DNA of 64,000 nt from Promethearchaeota archaeon (GTDB lineage: Archaea; Asgardarchaeota; Lokiarchaeia; Sigyniarchaeales; SOKP01): NCBI GenBank assembly GCA_016839555.1, contig JAEOUA010000006.1, forward strand, positions 352,001 to 416,000, read 5' to 3'. Shown piece after piece: positions 40,309-48,736 of this stretch (the stretch's first letter is position 1; each line of letters starts with the position of its first letter). The translations under genes were made by a program, and so were the position numbers. Below the pieces are notes generated by a model. That model ran no database searches. It saw nothing but the letters and a program-made list of their open reading frames with translations, and was not told where the DNA came from.

Positions 40309-40863
40309 TCATAATTTATTATGTTTATTTCTTTTTTGTAATTTCTGAATAATTTTATTAACAACCTGCTCAATGGATAGGTCTTTTGTATCAATGATTA
40401 TATCGAATATTTCTTTTTTTAGTTCTTCATTAGTTATATCGATTCCATACAAATCTTTAAAGCGCGAAATTTCCGAATTTTCTCTGAGTTTCGTCTCTTT
40501 TAGTTTTTTTTGATAATCTTCCTCATCTCGAGCCATCATTCGTCGTACTCGTGTTTCTAATGGTGCTTCAAGCAAGACAGTGCAATCTGCGCTATCTTTA
40601 AGGAGGTAACCACTTAAAAGGCTATCTATAACAAGATCCTTCTTTTCAGTAGCAATTTTTAGAATTTTTTGATCTAATTCTTTATCGATTTGCGGATTTT
40701 TTTCAACATACATAGAGAATTGCTCTAAAGACATATTTTTTTCAGATGCTAAACTTCTAAACGCATCACCCGTAGAATAATAGTCGAGTTGCAATTTTTC
40801 TGCCAATAAACGTCCGATAGTACTTTTGCCTATGCCATGAAGGCCCGAGATGGTTATGAGCAT
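40309..40863 (-). CDS. cmk: Archaeal cytidylate kinase
   Basis: ITISG..G.GKST, G..FR..A, ID..LD, LYGID; lies between eL34 and eL14. Confidence 0.9.
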   Translation of the reverse strand: MLITISGLHGIGKSTIGRLLAEKLQLDYYSTGDAFRSLASEKNMSLEQFSMYVEKNPQIDKELDQKILKIATEKKDLVIDSLLSGYLLKDSADCTVLLEAPLETRVRRMMARDEEDYQKKLKETKLRENSEISRFKDLYGIDITNEELKKEIFDIIIDTKDLSIEQVVNKIIQKLQKRNKHNKL

Positions 40864-41025
40864 GATAATTATTAGTAATTTTTTAAAACATGAATTAATT
40901 ATCCATAAAAATTGGAGATAATATAATTATTTTATTGCTTTTATTCTAAATATTAGAGCTCTTTTTGAAGGGAATTAAAGGGTGTTAATTTAAAAAATAA
41001 GTAAATACATCATTTCAAAATGAAT

Positions 41026-41295
41026 TTATAAACTTCTTACTTTCTCTTGTAGAAGAGTTTGAAGGCACTTGGCGCAATACCTCCCACTTTCTGGCCTTGT
41101 CGCCCTCCTTGCGGTCTTATTCGTTTTTTTCATATCAACAGGGCGAAGTCGAGGGATTGATTGTAAAGGTCTCTTGCAAATTGCACAATGCGCCCTTTTT
41201 GGCTTTCTCCGCCAATAATGCGTCGTATTTTCATTTCCAGGCGTTCTTATTGTTTTTCTCTTTTGAGTTTTACTTCTTAAACCGGGTCGAGGCAT
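41026..41295 (-). CDS. rpl34e: 50S ribosomal protein eL34
   Basis: MPRP, RTPG, CxxC...RP..G..CxxC. Confidence 0.95.
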   Translation of the reverse strand: MPRPGLRSKTQKRKTIRTPGNENTTHYWRRKPKRAHCAICKRPLQSIPRLRPVDMKKTNKTARRATRPESGRYCAKCLQTLLQEKVRSL

Positions 41296-41669
41296 TTTAA
41301 TCGTATTATTTTATTTATTTTTTCTTTAATTTGCTCATAAATTATGTCTTTTATAATATTATGAACTTAATTAACTTAACTAAACTGATTATAGCTTAAA
41401 AGGAGAGAAAAATAGTATTTAATTCTCGTTGAACATGGTAATATCTAAAAAAGATTCCTTGTCTGAATACTTAGCGGGTTTTTCCGATACTTAATTAGAT
41501 CAGGCTATTCACGAGTACGGATTGAAGGGATCAAGTTTTGCCGTAAATCTATTTTTTTATTTCCATTTCATAAAAAATAAAAATAGTATTAAATTATTAA
41601 CTGAATTATTTCTTATTTGAAATTACAATTTTGAATTATATTTAAAAAAAATATGAAATATTAATAAAT

Positions 41670-41972
41670 TTGAAGGGAGATATGAAAATGCCAAAATATA
41701 TTGTGATTCATCCATATAAGGAGCGATCTTTAAAGGCAATGATAGACTTTCCTCCTGAGAAAAATGTGATATTCAAAACTTTAAAATCAAATTGTACAAG
41801 CGATGCTGATTGGGTGAGAAGCTGGGCAGTACTTGAACAGGAAAAGTTATATTGCGAATGGAATGCAAAAGATCCTGAATCTATTCGTGCTGTATTTGAG
41901 AAGATTGGAGGAAATGTTCCAATAGAATCAATTGATGAGCTGCACGTAATAGAAGGAGATGATTATAAATAG
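41670..41972 (+). CDS. DUF4242 (SCO4226-like) small protein (start probably the ATG at MPKY)
   Basis: MPKYIVIH, W.RSW, YCEWNA.D.E.I pattern. Confidence 0.6.
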   Translation: MKGDMKMPKYIVIHPYKERSLKAMIDFPPEKNVIFKTLKSNCTSDADWVRSWAVLEQEKLYCEWNAKDPESIRAVFEKIGGNVPIESIDELHVIEGDDYK

Positions 41973-42137
41973 TAGCTAATATGTGAAGTAATTCAACCCT
42001 ATGACTTCAAAAATCAATTATTTAATTATTTTTTTTTTCTTTATCTTTATTTATTCTATTTTTAGAATTAACTTGTACTTAGTGAGGAATAATTTATATA
42101 AATGAAAATATTAAAAATTCAATTAATAAAATCTTAA

Positions 42138-43079
42138 CTAATATCCAAATATTGTAGGTCTTAATAAATAGAAAAAAATACCGACTAATATCCCAATTAT
42201 AAGAGAAGAGATTAATACACGCAGTGTTGAAGAATTGGATAATTCTCTAATAGCTATTGTGATTAATATTGGCACCCAAAAACTCATTGTAATAAATTCT
42301 ATTATATGAACAGTAGCCCAAACCGGAGAATTTGGACTTAACAGCGAGAAAAATGTTTCATCAATTTGTGAACTACTGGCAATACTGACATCTGGTAAAC
42401 CAATCCAGAGTATGATAGCATTTAAAATATTGATTAATAATAGGGGAGCAAAAGCGCACAGCATCATTTTTGTTTTATATGCTTTTTGTTTTTGGAGTAA
42501 AGTTCCCCCCTTATAAATACTGAAAGGACTTAATTCTCTTTCTTTAAGTTGCTGCTTTTCTATAGATTCCCTTCCAAATCTCTGCTCTAATCTTTCACTA
42601 AAATTTACGGAGTAGTTAGCTCCTTTTCCATATAACCATATTAAAAAAAGATATAGAAAAGATTGAAAGACGGATCCAAAAATAAAAAATGTGAGGAAAA
42701 CAACTAATGATAATAATATAGGAAATCGCATAGTTTGGATAATTTCTTCGACATAAATATGAGAAAAAATTGTTAATCCTTGTATACCGAATGCTAATGA
42801 ATTAAATAAGAGAATAAGATATCCAGGGCTTTTCTTTCGAAGATGATTTATATCCCAAAATGCTCTAGCAGGATTAATAAATAAATATATTATGGTCTTG
42901 ATAAAACCCAAGGGAGCTACCCATTCTTCTTCTATTCTGCGTAAAAGAGGAAAGCTTTCTATTTTTTCAGTTCTTAACCTTTTACCGCAAAATGTACAAG
43001 TAAAATAATTTGCTCTATTTTCATTACCGCAGCGGGGGCAACGCAGAGTTGCTATTGTCGACATTTTTGAAAAGATCAA
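42138..43079 (-). CDS. Zinc-ribbon plus Yip1-domain membrane protein
   Basis: N-terminal CPRC..CTFC; FINPARAFWDI start of a Yip1-like domain; five TM helices. Confidence 0.7.
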   Translation of the reverse strand: MIFSKMSTIATLRCPRCGNENRANYFTCTFCGKRLRTEKIESFPLLRRIEEEWVAPLGFIKTIIYLFINPARAFWDINHLRKKSPGYLILLFNSLAFGIQGLTIFSHIYVEEIIQTMRFPILLSLVVFLTFFIFGSVFQSFLYLFLIWLYGKGANYSVNFSERLEQRFGRESIEKQQLKERELSPFSIYKGGTLLQKQKAYKTKMMLCAFAPLLLINILNAIILWIGLPDVSIASSSQIDETFFSLLSPNSPVWATVHIIEFITMSFWVPILITIAIRELSNSSTLRVLISSLIIGILVGIFFYLLRPTIFGY

Positions 43080-43122
43080 ATAAGTAGATTATGATATATA
43101 TAAAAATAATAGTTTAAAAATT

Positions 43123-44193
43123 TCATTTCAATTTAATTATTGAGAAATTTGTTGATTTTTCAATATTATAGTCTCTGTTCGTGAACTGCTTTATAAGGTC
43201 TAAATTAGTTTTTGCATGATTCGTGACTTTTAATACCTTAATTTTAGATGGCGCATTAACAGAGGCCATCAACGGAAGTAATTGATCACTCAAATAATTA
43301 TCAACAGGAATATGATTTTGAATATAGGGAATAATATTACTAGCTGCCATTTTTCCAACTTGTTCTGAGGTGGTATGTTTTTCTCCTAAAATCGTTCCGC
43401 TTGAAATTATTGCTCCAGTATCTCCATTAGCCCATAAAGAAAGTCCTACTCCAGTACTTAAAGATTTAACATATTCAAATTTAATAACCGTTTTAAGTCC
43501 TAATTCTTTATATATTGTCTTTTCAGCGGAAGATTTTATTCGCTCTGCTACATGGGCATTTGATAAGTTGGTAGTACAAACAATTTTGCCCGCAATAAGA
43601 TCCACAGTTCCTAATTTTGTGAGATTAATAGGTTTTAAACCCATTTTTGGTGGAAAAATTTCACATATAGTAAGAGCACCTCCTTTTGGATAAAATCCAT
43701 ACTTTTGGATTTGTAGATTAATTGTAAATCCTAAGTCTTTGAAAATTTGATATGTTACATGATTTAGATAATTTAATCCAGGTGCCCATTTACCCAATGT
43801 ACCTCCTCCATTAAGATTAATAAGAACTTTTTCTGGTTGAGTAAAACCTAAACAAGCAATTTGGATTGGTTGTAATAAGAGGCCAATACTCGCCGCCGTT
43901 CCTATATTTATATCTAACTTCTGTTTTAATCTTTTTGATTTTGGTTCAAATTTTACTTCTGTAGTTCCTACTTCACATTCACTAAGCTTACTATTAGTTA
44001 ATTCTGCAAGGCACCTTAAGCCCAAAAGATGCTGGAGTCTCAAGCCAGGACGGGAACGATTTGCTCTAATATTATAGATATAAATTGGCTGATTAAATAA
44101 TACAGAAAAGCCAGCACTTAATCTTAAAATAGCCCCTCCTCCCTCCCCCATTGATCCATCTATTTCAAGAATATCTATATCCTTATTATTCAT
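43123..44193 (-). CDS. rtcA: RNA 3'-terminal phosphate cyclase
   Basis: DGSMGEGGG, IRANRSRPGL..QH, GFYPKGG, DQL, TNHAKTN (adenylated His). Confidence 0.95.
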   Translation of the reverse strand: MNNKDIDILEIDGSMGEGGGAILRLSAGFSVLFNQPIYIYNIRANRSRPGLRLQHLLGLRCLAELTNSKLSECEVGTTEVKFEPKSKRLKQKLDINIGTAASIGLLLQPIQIACLGFTQPEKVLINLNGGGTLGKWAPGLNYLNHVTYQIFKDLGFTINLQIQKYGFYPKGGALTICEIFPPKMGLKPINLTKLGTVDLIAGKIVCTTNLSNAHVAERIKSSAEKTIYKELGLKTVIKFEYVKSLSTGVGLSLWANGDTGAIISSGTILGEKHTTSEQVGKMAASNIIPYIQNHIPVDNYLSDQLLPLMASVNAPSKIKVLKVTNHAKTNLDLIKQFTNRDYNIEKSTNFSIIKLK

Positions 44194-44195
44194 TG

Positions 44196-45257
44196 TTATT
44201 CTTCATGTTCTTTATATAATGTCTTGATCCTTTCAATTCCATTGAAATCCTCGAATCTATTAATGACTTCATTAGGAACCAATGATCTCCACTTCTTATT
44301 GTTTTGATTTATTAAATTTCTAATATGGGTTCCATTATATTTATTCTGAAAAATAGTTATTTTTTTTGAAATCTTATAGCCTTTTTTTTTGAAGAGTTCT
44401 CGTACCCAATCGCTATTAGAAAATAAAATATCAAAATCTCCAATAATGGAAACCACATGTTCAACCCATTTGCTTGCATCGAAAATATCTGGGATATAAT
44501 AAATGGAATATCTACTCTCAGGAATCTCTCTTTTTTTTAGAGCTGCCCTAATAAACTCTTTCCTTTCTTCTTTAGTAAAGGGATTATATTTAGTGTGTGA
44601 TATTTGGGAGCTTCCAATCCCAATCTTCAAATAGTTATGGCTTTCAAGAATGCGATAAATTACATGAATATGACCATGGTGGAGAGGTTGAAACCGTCCA
44701 ATAAAAAGTGCAATATCTTTAATTTCTCTTTTTTTTTCAGATTTTTGTTCAGTAGTAAAAAAAGATTCTAAATTAGTGTCTAATAATTCATTCCAAATTT
44801 CTTTAGAATAATCTACTAAATTATCTTTCTTTAATAAGTCTATTAATTCCTCTCTTGTATAAAACCTACTCTCTTTTGGTTCTAATTCTTCTGGATTGGG
44901 TTTTAATTTTACCCCGGGATTGACAATTCCTAGAAAAATATAGGCCACTTCTTTTGTAAATTTATCCTCTTCAGCATTTAGGTCATAGAAAGTTAATTTT
45001 TGGACTTCTTTTGGATGAATACCGAGTTCTTCTTCAAGTTCTCTAAGAGCGTTAGTTTTTATCGCATCCAAATTGAGATGTTCTTGATATTCAACATGTC
45101 CGCTCGCACTATCTGTGAAGTATCCTGGATATGATTTTTTATTTTTAGATCTCTTTTGGACTAGAAATAGTATGTTACCATCTTTATTTTTTGTGATAAT
45201 AAATACCCGAATAATTAAATGGGGAATTTTATTTTTGTGAGCCTTTTTCCTTTCCAT
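44196..45257 (-). CDS. NUDIX (IDI-like) / nicotinamide-nucleotide adenylyltransferase fusion
   Basis: N-terminal QKRS..K..YPG...SASGH and RELEEELG; C-terminal FIGRFQPLHHGH, GS, NPFT..ER, W..LVP. Confidence 0.85.
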   Translation of the reverse strand: MERKKAHKNKIPHLIIRVFIITKNKDGNILFLVQKRSKNKKSYPGYFTDSASGHVEYQEHLNLDAIKTNALRELEEELGIHPKEVQKLTFYDLNAEEDKFTKEVAYIFLGIVNPGVKLKPNPEELEPKESRFYTREELIDLLKKDNLVDYSKEIWNELLDTNLESFFTTEQKSEKKREIKDIALFIGRFQPLHHGHIHVIYRILESHNYLKIGIGSSQISHTKYNPFTKEERKEFIRAALKKREIPESRYSIYYIPDIFDASKWVEHVVSIIGDFDILFSNSDWVRELFKKKGYKISKKITIFQNKYNGTHIRNLINQNNKKWRSLVPNEVINRFEDFNGIERIKTLYKEHEE

Positions 45258-45356
45258 AGGAAAAATATGTTTTGATATTTGCCCCGATTGAAGATATTTT
45301 ATTTCCTCTTTTTTAATACAAGCTAAAGTTTCATTTTCCGTAAATAATTCAACCCT

Positions 45357-46238
45357 TTATGATAATTGAATTTTAATTATATCTCCTGAAGCAATATTTA
45401 ATTTTTTTGCGGCATTTTTTTGGTTTAAAGATATTTCAAGATATCCTGTAGAACCCTTCATAAATAGCAAAGTATTTATGGGAACATCTGCAAAATGAGA
45501 GACATATTGTCCCTTATATGTTTTATTATTAACTTGTAATAAAAGATTTTGATTTTTATTCAGAAAGAGATTGAGTCCCGGATCCATAGTTTGAATTTGA
45601 TTATTATCGTGTATTTTAATTGTGGTCGTGATATTTCCGAAATTATCAATATATTGTACGGTACATTTCATTACACCTGTCTTTGAGCTTATTTCATTTA
45701 AAATAGGGATTTTAATTAAATCATTTTTATCTATACTTGAACCAAAATTATTTAGGGAAACATTATTAGAAATATAAGCACCAACGGGAGCCATAATATC
45801 TCTTCCATGAAATGTTTTTGATACTGGCTTGTGGAAATATTTCTCGTTTTCAACAATATAACATTCCATAATATTATCTTCTAACGCATTAGGAAAAATA
45901 CCATTATCGGGCCCTACAAAATAATATTTATTTTTAGTTTTTATGACTAAGATCTTTCTTTTACTACCTACTCCTGGATCGACTACACAAATAAATACGC
46001 TTCCTTCGGGAAAATACCTATAAGTTGATTTTATAAGATATGAGGCTTCAATAATAGAAAATTTCGTGATAGAATGGGATAAATCTATAATTTTTATTGA
46101 GGGATTAATTTTAAGTATTATAGCTTTCATCGATGCAACATAATGGGACCCTCTTAATCCAAAATCTGTTAATAGTGCAATTACTCTCTTTTGTAGCTCA
46201 TTATTTCTATTAAATTTATACATGATTTGATTATACAA
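45357..46238 (-). CDS. SAM hydroxide adenosyltransferase / chlorinase-fluorinase family (DUF62)
   Basis: LLTDFG, VVDPGVG, GPDNG, TFHGRD, DNFGN, GYLEI. Confidence 0.93.
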   Translation of the reverse strand: MYNQIMYKFNRNNELQKRVIALLTDFGLRGSHYVASMKAIILKINPSIKIIDLSHSITKFSIIEASYLIKSTYRYFPEGSVFICVVDPGVGSKRKILVIKTKNKYYFVGPDNGIFPNALEDNIMECYIVENEKYFHKPVSKTFHGRDIMAPVGAYISNNVSLNNFGSSIDKNDLIKIPILNEISSKTGVMKCTVQYIDNFGNITTTIKIHDNNQIQTMDPGLNLFLNKNQNLLLQVNNKTYKGQYVSHFADVPINTLLFMKGSTGYLEISLNQKNAAKKLNIASGDIIKIQLS

Positions 46239-46326
46239 TTAATTTGTGAATAAATTAGTCTAAAAAATAAAGAATAACCTCAAAGATGTTTTTTGAGAAT
46301 TAAAATATCTAATTTTGTTAACTTAA

Positions 46327-46746
46327 TTATTTTTTTAACTGTTTCAAATAAGTAGATAGGTTTTTAATAATAGTTAGGAGTTGCGCATAATAGAGATTAT
46401 CGCTCACTGCTTTTTCAGTTTTTTTTATAGTATTAATTTCTTTTTTTGTTTCTTGTAAATATTTTTGAATCTGATCCTCATCTAAGATTTCCTTAACTTT
46501 GGTATTTAATTCTTTGGATAATTCATTTACACTTTTGTTTGACTGGATTCGAAATTGCTTTAACGCCTCTACAATAAGTCTCACGTTTTCTGTTAAAGAA
46601 ACTGTTTCCTTGGAAAACGTTTTACTCATTTGGTTAATTGCTTTATTCATCTTCTCCACTTGTGCTATTGTTCCATCCAAGCTTTCGGTAATTTGGTTTA
46701 TTTTATTAATCATCTCATCAAGAAGTTGTTCCATATTTTCACTCAT
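46327..46746 (-). CDS. Hypothetical all-helical coiled-coil protein
   Basis: Heptad pattern, no Pro, no TM helix; GGAGA upstream. Confidence 0.75.
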   Translation of the reverse strand: MSENMEQLLDEMINKINQITESLDGTIAQVEKMNKAINQMSKTFSKETVSLTENVRLIVEALKQFRIQSNKSVNELSKELNTKVKEILDEDQIQKYLQETKKEINTIKKTEKAVSDNLYYAQLLTIIKNLSTYLKQLKK

Positions 46747-46787
46747 GCTATTTTCATCTCCTATATAAATTTATTTTTAATTTTTAA

Positions 46788-47213
46788 TTACTTTTTTTCC
46801 GCTTCTTTTTCTATAATACCTAATTGCTGCTTTTTTATATATTTAACCGTGGAAATCGCTTCAGATAAGAGCATTTCTACCGTCTCTTGATTTAATATCT
46901 CTTCTGACAATTTAGAAAAATTTTCTAATTCATTAGTTAATTTTTTAATTGAGGTGAGACCGGTTCTATCTTTTATTTTTTCAATTTCATCAGTTGCAGA
47001 GGTACCTATCTTTTTAAGAACTTCTATATGTTTGGTCTGAGTTAAAGCGATCTCATTTGAGAATTCATTTAATTTTTTATTTAACGTACTCACCTTGTCC
47101 TCGATGCTCTTATTAAGACCATCTAAACTAGTTTTTAATTCTTGAATTGTTTTTCCTAATTGGGAAATTCTATTATATATATTTTGAAGTAAATCTGTTA
47201 ACATTTCAGCCAT
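46788..47213 (-). CDS. Hypothetical all-helical coiled-coil protein (probable paralog/partner of 46327..46746)
   Basis: Similar length; shared LL...N.I.Q....SLDG N-terminal pattern; GAGGT upstream. Confidence 0.75.
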   Translation of the reverse strand: MAEMLTDLLQNIYNRISQLGKTIQELKTSLDGLNKSIEDKVSTLNKKLNEFSNEIALTQTKHIEVLKKIGTSATDEIEKIKDRTGLTSIKKLTNELENFSKLSEEILNQETVEMLLSEAISTVKYIKKQQLGIIEKEAEKK

Positions 47214-47426
47214 TTTGCTATACCTCTTTCATAAGTTCATATTATAAGCTCTTTCTTTATTCAGAGTTCTTATAAATATTATAAAAATCTTAATTTATAT
47301 AATTATTTAAACATTTTTTAAAATTTTAAGAAACCCTTTGTTATATTCTCATTAAGAATAAAATTTTTATTTTTTCTATTATATTATTTATTAAGGTTTA
47401 TGCTCCGCATTAAGCGCCAAGCCTGT

Positions 47427-47603
47427 GGTCCATTAGCTCAGCCTGGTTTAAAGGTTTCTTACAAGCTTGACTACAAGCGCAGGTCTTATAAATGACCGAT
47501 GGACATACAAAGAAAAAAGTGTCCATTCTCAATAAAAACCTGAGATCCGGGGTTCGAAATGAATCTCTGATTAAGAAATTTCATGAAAATCCCCGATGGA
47601 CCA
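47427..47603 (+). tRNA. tRNA-Ile(UAU) with three introns (47451..47474, 47492..47537, 47559..47589)
   Basis: Acceptor GGTCCAT/ATGGACC plus A73; anticodon stem CAGGT/ACCTG with loop CT-TAT-AA; T stem CGGGG/CCCCG; each insertion folds into BHB-type geometry; 76 nt after splicing. Confidence 0.85.
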
Positions 47604-47722
47604 CTCTTTTTTTCTAAATCTTTAAAATATTATAACAAAGGAACTTTAAAAATTTTTAAATTAAAAATTCCCTCATTTTTGAAAATAAGGAGAAGATTGA
47701 AATATAAACAAACCAGAACGAA

Positions 47723-48412
47723 TTATTTCGCGTCTCTATCTAAGTGAGAATCTATTAATTTCAATAACCATCGTTTTATCTGCATAAGGTTTTTAAGTAA
47801 TCCTGGGACGCGTGTTTCTGGAAAGGTTTTTTCGGGTTGGAGATTCTGAGCCGTGACCATCCATTTATTCAATGCCAACTGAACTAAATTGGCACCTTCC
47901 GCTTGCATAAATAGGGGAACAACAGCCGCAGATTCTCTGGCATCTCCAATAGCAAAATATATCTTTCGATTAATATCTTTTGTCATTGTTAAATTGGCGC
48001 ATTCGTCTATTTTACGCTCTACTAATATCGTTTTTAAAATTTGAGTTTTAAGATCTTTGTCCTTCTTATTAAACCTCACTTTTCTCTTTAATAGCAGTGG
48101 GAGAGAGCAATTTTTTAATCGGTCAGAATTTTTATCATCGTTATAATAGTTTTGAATCTTTATTGTGTTATCCTCAAAAATTTCTATTGAGGTAAACGTT
48201 TTATTATTTGAATAGAGAATTGCTTTAGAGCCCTCGTTAAAATCTTGAATTAATTTTAACCAGATACATCGAGTTTGCACGCTATTCTCTGTATGATATG
48301 CCAATTCAAAAAATTCTCGTTTGGTTAAGGGCTCAATGGGTTCGATGATCTCTTCCTTAAACCATTCCCGTGAAATCACATCATTGAATTGAGATAAGAG
48401 TCTATTGTTCAA
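47723..48412 (-). CDS. Hypothetical protein
   Basis: 229-aa ORF with GGAG upstream; no motif recognised. Confidence 0.7.
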   Translation of the reverse strand: MNNRLLSQFNDVISREWFKEEIIEPIEPLTKREFFELAYHTENSVQTRCIWLKLIQDFNEGSKAILYSNNKTFTSIEIFEDNTIKIQNYYNDDKNSDRLKNCSLPLLLKRKVRFNKKDKDLKTQILKTILVERKIDECANLTMTKDINRKIYFAIGDARESAAVVPLFMQAEGANLVQLALNKWMVTAQNLQPEKTFPETRVPGLLKNLMQIKRWLLKLIDSHLDRDAK

Positions 48413-48736
48413 ATTATATCTCCCAATTATTAATTTTTATATTAATTAAAATTATTATAAAATTTCAAGTTATTTAATAGTATATTCTTTTTTTAAATTA
48501 ATTAATTTTCTTATTTATTTATTATCTTGTTAGCTATACAATAAGAAGAGAGTAAAAAATGGGGAAATGATATTGAACGAAATTAAATAATATTAAAAAT
48601 AAACAGAGTTAAGATTTAACCTAAAACCTTATCATAAGAACTAACTACCAAAACGGTAAAAAACGGAATAATGAGGTTTTAAAATATTGGTTTTTAAATT
48701 CTTTTTATGAAAATCTCCCACAAAAAAGAAAATAAG

